Origin: Candidatus Heimdallarchaeota archaeon
Lineage (GTDB): Archaea; Asgardarchaeota; Heimdallarchaeia; Heimdallarchaeales; Kariarchaeaceae
Direction of reading: 5' to 3'
Assembly (NCBI GenBank): GCA_015523565.1
Contig: WAKA01000190.1
Coordinates: 1 to 28,311 of the forward strand
Length of the DNA stretch: 28,311 bases
Numbering within the stretch: the first letter of the stretch is position 1; every line of letters starts with the position of its first letter. Of the stretch, positions 8,033 to 16,751 are shown one piece after another. Below the pieces are notes generated by a model. It saw nothing but the letters and a program-made list of their open reading frames with translations, searched no databases and was not told the origin of the DNA. Made by a program: the position numbers and the translations under genes.

Positions 8033-8695
8033 TTACGTAATTTGGCTTAATGGAATAAACAATTCAATGAAGACAAACGAAAATACAATTGCGGTGGCAT
8101 TGAAAAATCCTATATTTGTAAAATCATGGATAATTTTGATCCTAAGGACAATGTAATAGATATAGGTGATAAAAAAGAAAAGTGATAATGATGAAAAAGG
8201 AAATAAGGTTAAGAAGGGAATGGATGCAATTGTTGTAACTAAATACATTCTTACAACGCCATGAAAATGCAATAATTTATTATTTGAATATGTTATAATG
8301 GATTGGACAATTGCAAGGGCAATTTGGATTGCAAAGAATAATGGTATGAATATCCCACTGTTGAATGGAAGTTGCGGGTCGTATTGTATCCATGAAAGAA
8401 TTGACAGGTAAATGATTTCTGCCAAAATAGTTAATGTTACAACTTTGTTTGTTTTTTTATCTAAAATGAATTGATTTAATCTTCCATTGTCCGCCAACAA
8501 GACACCAACAATCAATTGAATTGCAGAGGGGTCCTTAAAGACAGTTCTCCGTTTTTTTTTACTTTTGAACAAATCAAACACATCGGATGATTTATTGCTT
8601 TCTAAATAATGCTTTTTCAATTGAATTCCGCAATGGATACAAAAATTGCTTTCTTCAATTTCTGCATAGCAATTGGGACAATTCATTTTGCTCAC
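8033..8695 (-). CDS. Zn-ribbon membrane protein (divergent Yip1-like)
   Basis: CPNC..FCIHCG, then about 5 TM helices; GTG start overlaps the upstream stop codon. Confidence 0.7.
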   Translation of the reverse strand: MSKMNCPNCYAEIEESNFCIHCGIQLKKHYLESNKSSDVFDLFKSKKKRRTVFKDPSAIQLIVGVLLADNGRLNQFILDKKTNKVVTLTILAEIIYLSILSWIQYDPQLPFNSGIFIPLFFAIQIALAIVQSIITYSNNKLLHFHGVVRMYLVTTIASIPFLTLFPFSSLSLFFFITYIYYIVLRIKIIHDFTNIGFFNATAIVFSFVFIELFIPLSQIT

Positions 8696-9663
8696 TAACT
8701 TTTCAGATCGATTTTGGATAGGGATTGTCTCAGTTGGCTCAGTCTTAAAATGGATCGATTCAGTGAATCTAAGAGATTTTCAAAGCTGTCTACCGTTTTT
8801 CCGACATTTCTGAACTTATCTGTCAATTCTTCAATTCCTTCAACAACATCTGCTGTTGATGTTTTTCCTGATGTATTCAATAAGTTTCCGAGGTCTTTCA
8901 ATTCTTCGCTCAATCTTTTAGTTTGGTCTGCAAGTTTTTGAACGTTGTTTGAAACAACTTGGAACCCTGACCCAAGCTGACCAACTTTAACAGCTTCAAT
9001 TTCTGCATTAAGGGAAAGTATCTTGTTCTGTTTTGCAATTGAATTCAGAAGACTTGAAAACTCCATTATTTTTGAGGAAGTATTGACAACAAGTTCCTCA
9101 AAACTGCTGATTTCAGTTGCAGTTTGGTTCAAGGCATCATTCAATACATTTTGGAAGTCAATCAGGTCTTCACGTAAATCGATGTAATCTGCCAAAAGGG
9201 AGTTTATTCTATCGATCTCGTAATCAATTTTCTCATAGACTGCATCAATTTCGACTTTATAGAGGTCTTGAATTTCTTGGGTTTTTTCAAGTTGATTATC
9301 AAGCATTTCAAGTTTTTCATCAAGTTTCTTGAATTCATTTGGGATAGGTCCAGGATGTATTGCACTTCTTTTTCGAAGAGTTATGTCATCTACCCTGTTT
9401 TCGGTATATTCAATGTATGGTTTTATTTCAGTGAAGTAATACGTGAGAAGATAAGTTGCCAGTCCAACAGCAATGATTTGAAAGAAGTAGAATACCAAGA
9501 AGTATTCCGCAATTACCAAAAGCATGGCAATAATGGAGAAAACAACAGCACCCAAACCTGAGATCAAAATTCTATGTTTTTTTGCCTTTTCAATAGCTTC
9601 CTTTAATTCAAAGTTCATTTTTCTTGGATTGAATAACTTTGACTCTGTCTTATCCTCAAGCAT
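8695..9663 (-). CDS. Methyl-accepting chemotaxis-like protein (2 TM + MCP signalling hairpin)
   Basis: IAKQNKILSLNAEIEAVKVGQLGSGFQVVSNNVQKLADQT matches the MCP tip consensus. Confidence 0.85.
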   Translation of the reverse strand: MLEDKTESKLFNPRKMNFELKEAIEKAKKHRILISGLGAVVFSIIAMLLVIAEYFLVFYFFQIIAVGLATYLLTYYFTEIKPYIEYTENRVDDITLRKRSAIHPGPIPNEFKKLDEKLEMLDNQLEKTQEIQDLYKVEIDAVYEKIDYEIDRINSLLADYIDLREDLIDFQNVLNDALNQTATEISSFEELVVNTSSKIMEFSSLLNSIAKQNKILSLNAEIEAVKVGQLGSGFQVVSNNVQKLADQTKRLSEELKDLGNLLNTSGKTSTADVVEGIEELTDKFRNVGKTVDSFENLLDSLNRSILRLSQLRQSLSKIDLKS

Positions 9664-9740
9664 TTACATGTTGCCTAAAATTTTCTTGTAGATTAATATT
9701 CCTAGTAATGAGTAGACAATCAAGAAAAAGTGGGGATAAT

Positions 9741-10331
9741 TTATGGGGTGAAATGATATTCCAGATATTGTGCAGTATAATCTGCCGCTTCTTCTCCAAA
9801 GAACTTGTAAACAAGGTACAAAGCCAGATCGATACCACAACTGATTCCTGCGGCAGTAACAACGACATCATCCTCATAGTACCTATATCCTTCAATCCAT
9901 TTGACTTTGGGGAATTTTGTCTTGAATTCATCGATTCGTGAGTGATGGGTCAAAAGCTCCAATCCTTTTCTGTCTCCTGCTAAACAATAAAGGTAGCTAC
10001 CTGTACAAACTGTTGCAACTTGTTCAACTTTGGTTTCCATTTTTCTGATGAATTTGACTTCAGGTTCATCACCTTTCATCTCCCTAGCGCCTTTTCCACC
10101 AGGGATAATTAATAGATCTAGATTTTCTATTTCTTGGAACGTTTTATCTGGAATTACCTTAAGTCCTCCCTTTACCTTAATCGGTTCTTTGCTCTTTGCA
10201 ATGGTAAATGGATTGAATAAGGGTTGTTCCTTTTGTTTTTCTGAAAGACGAGCCGCATAGAACACTTCGAGAGGTCCTGCAAAATCCAAGAGTTCTACAT
10301 CATCAAATATCAAGATTCCTACATCCAACAT
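9741..10331 (-). CDS. DJ-1/PfpI family protein (isonitrile hydratase/ThiJ-like)
   Basis: FDDVELLDFAGPLEVF, LIIPGG, TVCTGS (nucleophile Cys), VTAAGISCGID. Confidence 0.92.
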   Translation of the reverse strand: MLDVGILIFDDVELLDFAGPLEVFYAARLSEKQKEQPLFNPFTIAKSKEPIKVKGGLKVIPDKTFQEIENLDLLIIPGGKGAREMKGDEPEVKFIRKMETKVEQVATVCTGSYLYCLAGDRKGLELLTHHSRIDEFKTKFPKVKWIEGYRYYEDDVVVTAAGISCGIDLALYLVYKFFGEEAADYTAQYLEYHFTP

Positions 10332-10346
10332 AATCTGGGATTAGTT

Positions 10347-11423
10347 TCAAGTCACTTTATGTTTTTCATGAAGTATTGAATACTTCTTCCATTTTTCATA
10401 AACTGGACCTCTTTCAACAAGGTCATATCCGTATGATCTAAGTTGCTTCATCAGGAAATTCCATTTTGGCCAGGGACTTGAGTAATTTACATAATCAGGG
10501 GTTATTGGAGAAATTCCTCCGAGATCATTTGCACCTGCATTGATTCCATAATGTATTGGAAATCCTGAAAGGTTGGGTGGGAATTGGACATTCAATGAAG
10601 GCGGTAAAATGTATCTTGTTGCAGATATTGTATCCAATAAAAGATAGGGTGGACATTCTTCGGTATTTCGCATAGGGGTATTTGGAAGTGGATGAAATGG
10701 CTGTACAATCACTTCCTGTAAAGTTTCAAATTCATTGGCCAAATTTGCCAGTGTCTCAATGGTTTTGATTCTTTCTTCGTCAGTTTCCCCAATTCCCACA
10801 AGCAATCCTGAAGTAAATGGAATTTCCAATTCAAGAGCCGCCTTGATAGATTCAATTCTGGCTTTTGGTATCTTGTCAGGAGATGCATAGTGGACCTGAC
10901 CTTTTTCAGTAAGCCTATTGGAAATATTTTCAAGCATCAGACCTGCTGAAGCGACAACTGGTTTGAGTTTTTCCCATTCCTTCCTTGTTATGACTCCTAG
11001 GTTGACATGGGGCTGAAGACCCATACTGACAGCCATTTTACAAGCCTTAACCGTATAGTCAACAGCATTTTCACAGTCATTGGCTTCAAGAAATTCACGA
11101 ACGTTTCTATTGATCTGTTCCGGTCTATCTCCAAGCACAAAAAGAATTTCTTTGCAATTATATTCCTTGGCTTCCTTTAATTTATCTTTTAATTGATCAA
11201 GATTTACGACCATGTCCTCAAATTCCTTGGATATTTCTGATTTTCTGGAGAAACCACAGTATTGGCATGCATTCCTGCAATACTTGATCAATGGGATGAA
11301 ATAATTTTTTGATGCAGTGACGATGTTTCCAAAATATTTTTCTCTTATTTTCCTTGCTTCATCCCTTATTTTTTTTCTTCCACCCAATGCCAATAAAGGA
11401 TCATGGTCTGATGTAATTTGCAT
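10347..11423 (-). CDS. cofG: FO synthase subunit CofG (7,8-didemethyl-8-hydroxy-5-deazariboflavin synthase), radical SAM
   Basis: FIPLIKYCRNACQYCGF, PHVNLG, GLMLE, SPDKIP, PFTSGLLVGIGE, QFPPNL, GANDLGGISPITPDYVN. Confidence 0.92.
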   Translation of the reverse strand: MQITSDHDPLLALGGRKKIRDEARKIREKYFGNIVTASKNYFIPLIKYCRNACQYCGFSRKSEISKEFEDMVVNLDQLKDKLKEAKEYNCKEILFVLGDRPEQINRNVREFLEANDCENAVDYTVKACKMAVSMGLQPHVNLGVITRKEWEKLKPVVASAGLMLENISNRLTEKGQVHYASPDKIPKARIESIKAALELEIPFTSGLLVGIGETDEERIKTIETLANLANEFETLQEVIVQPFHPLPNTPMRNTEECPPYLLLDTISATRYILPPSLNVQFPPNLSGFPIHYGINAGANDLGGISPITPDYVNYSSPWPKWNFLMKQLRSYGYDLVERGPVYEKWKKYSILHEKHKVT

Positions 11424-11471
11424 ACAATATTGCTTCTTTGGGTTTGTTTATGTTTTTATCTATCTGGGTGA

Positions 11472-12044
11472 TTAGACCTTTTCAAGTTTGAAATATGCTT
11501 CCACTGTCTTGATGGCATTCTCAAATTCATAATCCTCAAATTTTTGTGAATGCATGGACACTTTCTTTGTTTGTTCAAAGTAGTTATCAATATTTGGGGA
11601 ATCGGTTTCAAGATAGCTGGACTCTAAAATTATAGAATCCAAGGTCATTCCGAATTCGCTTATTATTTCAGTTATGCCGATATCTAGTTTCTTACTCGTT
11701 TCACTGATCAGATTAATGGCAATCCTGCTTTTGGATAAAATCCTCTCAATCACTTGCCTTTCCCTTTCCATTCTTTTCAGATAAGGGTCAGGGGCAGAAA
11801 TTACAATGACGATATTCTCTGTTGCATGGGAGAAAAAAAATCTTTCATTTCCAAATCCGATGTCATGAAGCTCATTTTTCAAGTTCACTTGGGAGAACAT
11901 GTCTATTGCAGACAAGAATCCTGCGAGAAGGGCAGTTTTAGCGGAATCGAAACCATCAAGATGAGTACCATACCGTCTTGCGAACAAGGGGGTTCCAGAG
12001 CTTTCCATAACAATAAAAGCGTGGATAGGTACAGCACTTTGCAT
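11472..12044 (-). CDS. Longin/roadblock-like (profilin-fold) domain protein of Asgard type
   Basis: FIVMESSGTPLFARRY...LLAGFLSAIDMFS pattern typical of longin-like domains. Confidence 0.6.
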   Translation of the reverse strand: MQSAVPIHAFIVMESSGTPLFARRYGTHLDGFDSAKTALLAGFLSAIDMFSQVNLKNELHDIGFGNERFFFSHATENIVIVISAPDPYLKRMERERQVIERILSKSRIAINLISETSKKLDIGITEIISEFGMTLDSIILESSYLETDSPNIDNYFEQTKKVSMHSQKFEDYEFENAIKTVEAYFKLEKV

Positions 12045-12097
12045 TCTTAGATAATGGTTGTTTGTTTCTATATAAATCCACCATAATTTTCCTGGAT

Positions 12098-12943
12098 TTA
12101 TTTTTGGTCTAATGGAAAGACTTTTTCTATCTCAAGAAAAGAATTGATGATTACATCTGGTGTGATATTGTTTTTCATGTATTCTTCCAGAAGTTCCTCA
12201 TCGTATTTTCCTGTTTTGACAAGGATTGTTTTTGCTCCAACTTTCTTTCCGCCTTCAATGTCTGCCTCCAAATCGTCTCCGACCATGCATGCCTCTGTTG
12301 GTTCTATTCCAATCTTTTTGCAACCAGAAATTATGAAATCTGGGTTCGGCTTTCCCAAGACTTTCATCTTTTTCCCCGATGCGTTTTCCAATAGCTTTCC
12401 ATAGGAACCTGAATCAAGGGAAAGTCCTTTAGAGGAGACGTACGTTATTCCTTTTTGCATGACATAGAGATCTGCCCCTCTTTTCAGGCATCTTAATGCC
12501 GTATTCAGTCTTTCTTGAAGATCCTTTCTTCCTCTTACATCACCCACAATTACACAATCCGGAGAGAAATCGTCCTGTTTCACATCTTGGAAATATTCTT
12601 CAAGATCTTCAGTGACAAGCAAATAAGTGGATTTTCCTGAATTCATCAAAAATTCATGGATATATTCAGGTACACTAAAAACTTTCTCTTCAGGCAAATG
12701 TAATCCAATTCTCAAAAAATAATCCATAAGAAAAGATTTTGATTTACTATCTGTATTGGTCAGGAACAAGACGTTATAATTTTCCATTAGCCTATCAAGA
12801 ATTTCCTGAACCCCGTCCAATGGTTTTCCATGAATATAAACTGTTCCGTCCAAGTCAATAAGAATTCCTTTGACTTGATCCCTAATGTCCTTGATCGCCT
12901 CATTGAAATCTGTATGCATTCGTGTTATCCATTCCGTATCCAT
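12098..12943 (-). CDS. HAD-superfamily hydrolase, subfamily IIA (NagD/LHPP-like)
   Basis: DLDGTVY, FLTN, GKPNP, MVGDDLEADIEGG, LVKTGKY. Confidence 0.93.
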   Translation of the reverse strand: MDTEWITRMHTDFNEAIKDIRDQVKGILIDLDGTVYIHGKPLDGVQEILDRLMENYNVLFLTNTDSKSKSFLMDYFLRIGLHLPEEKVFSVPEYIHEFLMNSGKSTYLLVTEDLEEYFQDVKQDDFSPDCVIVGDVRGRKDLQERLNTALRCLKRGADLYVMQKGITYVSSKGLSLDSGSYGKLLENASGKKMKVLGKPNPDFIISGCKKIGIEPTEACMVGDDLEADIEGGKKVGAKTILVKTGKYDEELLEEYMKNNITPDVIINSFLEIEKVFPLDQK

Positions 12944-13112
12944 TTAAAATATTTCTTTTCTTTTGTGATTGTCAGTTCTGTTAGACAATCTAATTAAAAT
13001 GAAAACAAAATATGTAGTGTAAATTATCAAGAAGGCAATTAAAATATATCAAGCATAAAATTACATACATCTCCGATTTTGATCATATTATAAAGCTAAA
13101 TTGTAATGAAGG

Positions 13113-13385
13113 GTGATGAGGACAATTTCGACGAATAAGTTTGACAATTTTCTGAAACTTGCAATACGAAGCCTGGAAAAAGGCTATGTCACTCTTGATT
13201 CATGGAGTTTTAGAATGGAAGTCATAAGACCACTGGAATTACTAAACTTCAAAATATCAAGAATTGGGGACTATTATTATGTTGAGGATTTTGATGAACC
13301 ATTAATTGTATTTTCCTATTCAGATGGTAAGTTCAGGGTATGTGAAACATTTTTTGAATATCATTTCCATGAAAATTCCTTTTAA
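13113..13385 (+). CDS. Small hypothetical protein
   Basis: 90-aa ORF in an otherwise empty interval, with an AT-rich TATA-like stretch (ttataaa) upstream. Confidence 0.5.
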   Translation: MMRTISTNKFDNFLKLAIRSLEKGYVTLDSWSFRMEVIRPLELLNFKISRIGDYYYVEDFDEPLIVFSYSDGKFRVCETFFEYHFHENSF

Positions 13386-13387
13386 GC

Positions 13388-13498
13388 CATTATTACCTAT
13401 TCCATTTTTTGATGGATGCGATTTCTTTTCCCGTCTCCGCGTAAAGGAGACCACTTCCTGTCACTATTGCCTATCTCATTTTTGATGAATGCGATCTC
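13388..13498. repeat. Two imperfect ~37-bp direct repeats separated by a ~36-bp spacer that contains a hairpin
   Basis: cattattacctattccattttttgatggatgcgatttc (13388-13425) and cactattgcctatctcatttttgatgaatgcgatctc (13462-13498); gtctcc/ggagac stem in the spacer. Confidence 0.6.
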
Positions 13499-13564
13499 AT
13501 AAGCGGGAAATTATTGGGAAATTGAGAAAGTTCCCTGTACAAGGGAAATCAAACACCAAAACAA

Positions 13565-13771
13565 TCAAAGTGGTCTGAGACCAATGGATACCGCAATTTG
13601 GTTATATTTTTCAGTGTATTCCTTGATTTGTTCCTCTGTTCCATCTCCATTTCTTAATTCCTCAATTTTTTTGGAAAGGGATTTGAGTTTTGCCGCTTTT
13701 TGTCTTAGGCAAATTTCACAATGATTATGTTCAACAATTGGATTGTTTCCACATACAATGCAGGTATTCAT
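13565..13771 (-). CDS. Small Zn-finger protein with helical hairpin
   Basis: ATG at 13771 gives MNTCIVCG...HCEICL (two CxxC) followed by a coiled segment. Confidence 0.65.
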   Translation of the reverse strand: MNTCIVCGNNPIVEHNHCEICLRQKAAKLKSLSKKIEELRNGDGTEEQIKEYTEKYNQIAVSIGLRPL

Positions 13772-13899
13772 ACATGGTTGTTTCACATCAACTGATAAAA
13801 ACTTTAGGAACAAAAAAAAGAACAAGTGAATTGGTTTTAAAAGATATCCCTTGATTCTTTGAAGTAAAGTATCATTAACTTGATTTCAAACAAGATTGT

Positions 13900-15117
13900 A
13901 TGGTCAAAGCACAAGCGTTGTTAATGGTAGTGATGTTATTATTCATTCCTTTACCCAATAACGGACAGAATGACGATGTTTGTTTGGTGCCATGCAATGG
14001 TATTGTCAATGGAGGTCCTGGAATTGATGGCATTCCCTCTATAGACAATCCTGTCTATATTACAAAAGATGAAGCGGACAAACAATGGAAAGGTTCTGAT
14101 TTGGTTGCAGGGGTTGTGATAGATGGTCAAGCTTATGCATTTCCTTATCTGATCATGAATTGGCATGAAATAGTCAATGATGTTTTTGGGAATGTCAGAT
14201 ATGCCTTGACATATTGTCCATTGACTGGTTCTGCACTTCTGTTCGACAGGGACAAGTCAATCGGGGGAGCAACATTTGGAGTATCTGGCAAACTGTTTCA
14301 GAATAATCTTGTCATGTATGATCGGGATACCATGACGTACTATAGTCAAATGTACCATATTGGCATCAAGGGAAAAGACATAGGTAATCTTCTTGATCCT
14401 GTCCCTATCGTTGAGACAACTTGGCGGGCATGGTCACAACTGTTTCCTGACACTGTTGTGCTGTCAACAGAAACAGGATATTCTCGTGATTATTCAAGAA
14501 GCCCCTATGGGATCTACGATGAATCAAAGTCAATTTATTTCTCAACCCATTACGATTTTGAAAAAGAGCCAGACAAGCTTTATCATCCGAAGAACAAGAC
14601 AGTTGTGATAACAACCAATGAAGGAGTTCATGCAGTTCCATTTGGTGTATTAAAAGATAATCCTGCATATGTTTTGGATTCAACAAATGAATCCATTGTG
14701 ATTTTTTTCATTGGTGAAGAAAATTTGGCGTTGACCTATTATTTTGATCCTGCCGTGTCTGGCAGTTCCTTTAAAAAATTGGATGAAATCGATTCATCAA
14801 CACATTTTCCACTATTTGAAGATGAAAATGGCAACAAATGGAATATTCTTGGTAAATCAATTGATTCTGATAAGAGCCTTGTCCAAGTGAATTCATTCAA
14901 TGCATTTTGGTTTGCAGTGATTTCCTTTTATCCAAATGCCTTCTATCATTTGAACAATGGCACAGTTCAATACCAGACGACAAATGACCTTAACATCACA
15001 GGATATTCGATCAATGATTCCAAATCATATAATGGACCATTTCTATTGAATCTTCTCGTTATTCCCACATTGCTATTGATTGTTATGATTTCTAATAAGA
15101 AAAGAAAATATTCTTGA
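13900..15117 (+). CDS. DUF3179 domain exported, membrane-anchored protein
   Basis: Signal peptide; GGPGIDGIPSIDNP, AFPYLIMNWHEIVND, TYCPLTGS, FGVSGKL..NLVMYDRDT; C-terminal TM plus basic tail. Confidence 0.88.
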   Translation: MVKAQALLMVVMLLFIPLPNNGQNDDVCLVPCNGIVNGGPGIDGIPSIDNPVYITKDEADKQWKGSDLVAGVVIDGQAYAFPYLIMNWHEIVNDVFGNVRYALTYCPLTGSALLFDRDKSIGGATFGVSGKLFQNNLVMYDRDTMTYYSQMYHIGIKGKDIGNLLDPVPIVETTWRAWSQLFPDTVVLSTETGYSRDYSRSPYGIYDESKSIYFSTHYDFEKEPDKLYHPKNKTVVITTNEGVHAVPFGVLKDNPAYVLDSTNESIVIFFIGEENLALTYYFDPAVSGSSFKKLDEIDSSTHFPLFEDENGNKWNILGKSIDSDKSLVQVNSFNAFWFAVISFYPNAFYHLNNGTVQYQTTNDLNITGYSINDSKSYNGPFLLNLLVIPTLLLIVMISNKKRKYS

Positions 15118-15202
15118 AATCCTTGTAACGAAACAATTGATCAATGATGCATTTTCCACAAGTAATCAAAAACCTTTATTTCATGTATGTAAAAAGTAAA
15201 TT

Positions 15203-15616
15203 ATGTCAAATGTATGTCCCAACTGCCATTCTGCTGTGGAACCCAACGCAAAATTCTGTATGGAATGTGGAACTCAAATTCAACCTTTGAAAGGAGTGCC
15301 TACAACGACATCGCAACAACAGCCAGTTATTCCAAATCAACAATCACAAGCAACTGTTTCTGCTCCGATTTCACAGCAATCAATGGCTTCGTATGATCCC
15401 AACAAATTTTATCGTTCGTGGAATGACAGAAAATGGTTAGGGGTCTGTGGCGGTCTTGCAAAACATTTGAATATGGATTCGGATCTTGTCAGGTTTTTGA
15501 CCGTCGTGTTGTTCTTGATGACTGGCGGGTCAGTCTTAATTGCCTATATTGTTGCGGCGTTGATTTTCCCATATGATCCAAGAGAATATCCCCCGCAACC
15601 CATGCCAACGGTCTAA
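15203..15616 (+). CDS. Zn-ribbon + PspC domain protein
   Basis: CPNC..FCMECG; FYRSWNDRKWLGVCGGLAKHLNMDSDLVR...YIVAALIFP fits the PspC consensus. Confidence 0.88.
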   Translation: MSNVCPNCHSAVEPNAKFCMECGTQIQPLKGVPTTTSQQQPVIPNQQSQATVSAPISQQSMASYDPNKFYRSWNDRKWLGVCGGLAKHLNMDSDLVRFLTVVLFLMTGGSVLIAYIVAALIFPYDPREYPPQPMPTV

Positions 15617-15638
15617 TTAAAACAAACAGAACAATAAC

Positions 15639-15678
15639 ATAACAAATTGTAATAATAATAACACAATTGTTATATTTA
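15639..15678 (+). promoter_or_regulatory. Putative lys-operon promoter: TATA box preceded by two ATAACA(C)AATTGT motifs
   Basis: TTATATTTA at 15670-15678, 23-31 nt before the lysW ATG; ataacaaattgt at 15639-15650 and ataacacaattgt at 15658-15670. Confidence 0.45.
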
Positions 15679-15700
15679 TCAGTTTTATGGTAAGCTTAGT

Positions 15701-15889
15701 ATGAGTACAACATCAAGCTTATCAGAATTTATCTGTCCAATTTGTGATGCAAGAAATGAATATGATGACATATTTGAGGTTGGGGAACTTCTAGATTGTT
15801 TTGAATGCGGAAGTGAATTGGAAGTCGTTTCCACAAATCCACTTCAAATTATAGAGTCAGAAATCGAAGCTGAAGATTGGGGACAATAA
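15701..15889 (+). CDS. lysW: Amino-group carrier protein LysW with non-canonical C-terminal Gln
   Basis: CPIC/CFECG Zn ribbon, GSELEVVS, acidic, ends EDWGQ (gaa gat tgg gga caa taa). Confidence 0.93.
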   Translation: MSTTSSLSEFICPICDARNEYDDIFEVGELLDCFECGSELEVVSTNPLQIIESEIEAEDWGQ

Positions 15890-15899
15890 GGTAAGAAAA

Positions 15900-16751
15900 A
15901 TGAAAATTGGATTTATTCATTCTCTCATTCGCAAAGATGAGAAATTATTGATCGCAGAGTTCAACAGAAGAACCAATGTAGACCTAGTTAGAATTGATTC
16001 CCGTCAATTTTTGGGGGATTTTGATGGAATGAATGCTTCATTGGAACAATTTGATGGTGCAATTGAACGGACTATAGGAATGACTGAAGGTCGATACATG
16101 GCAATGATGCTGGAAGGCTATGGTATTCCTGTCATCAATTCTTCAGAAGTGATTGCGATTTGTGGGGACAAGGTTACAACTTCTTTTCGTTTGTCACAAT
16201 CTGGAATATCCCAACCACAGACAGGCATTGCATTTTCGGCAGAGAGCGCAATGGATTTGGCAGAGAGGATGGGATTTCCTGTTGTCATCAAACCCATTGT
16301 CGGGTCATGGGGACGTCTTCTTGCCAAAATAAACGACAGGGATGCACTTGAGGCAATTGTGGAGCACAAGCTAAGATTGGGAAATTTCACCCATTCAGTC
16401 ATTTACATGCAGAGTTTTATAGAAAAGGGAAATAGGGATATACGTGCCTTTGTTGTAGGGGATCAATGCATTGCGGCCATTTACAGGGAAAGTGAACATT
16501 GGGTTACAAACACTGCGAGAGGGGGAAAAGCATTCAATTGTCCCGTTACTGATGAACTGAATGATATTGCAACAAGGGCCGCCAGTTCTGTTGGTGGGGG
16601 AATTTTGGCAGTTGACCTCATGGAAAGTCAAGATGGTTTAGTCGTGACAGAAGTCAATGCAACAATGGAATTCAAAAACAGCATTAAGACGACAGGTGTA
16701 AACATCCCTGCCCATATTGTCTCATTTGTTTTAGAGGAGGCAAGAGCATAA
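15900..16751 (+). CDS. lysX: Alpha-aminoadipate/glutamate--LysW ligase (RimK-family ATP-grasp)
   Basis: CGDK, VIKPIVGSWGRLLAK, RDIRAFVVG, HWVTNTARGG, EVNATMEFKNS; directly follows lysW. Confidence 0.93.
   Translation: MKIGFIHSLIRKDEKLLIAEFNRRTNVDLVRIDSRQFLGDFDGMNASLEQFDGAIERTIGMTEGRYMAMMLEGYGIPVINSSEVIAICGDKVTTSFRLSQSGISQPQTGIAFSAESAMDLAERMGFPVVIKPIVGSWGRLLAKINDRDALEAIVEHKLRLGNFTHSVIYMQSFIEKGNRDIRAFVVGDQCIAAIYRESEHWVTNTARGGKAFNCPVTDELNDIATRAASSVGGGILAVDLMESQDGLVVTEVNATMEFKNSIKTTGVNIPAHIVSFVLEEARA

Noticed and set aside
13772-13825. Extended N-terminus of the small Zn-finger ORF
   Set aside because: It is a poly-Phe stretch derived from a T-rich intergenic tract. ATG 13771 directly precedes the CxxC.
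13900-15117. Selenocysteine recoding in the DUF3179 protein
   Set aside because: There is no in-frame TGA, and the motif reads CPLT with a standard Cys codon.
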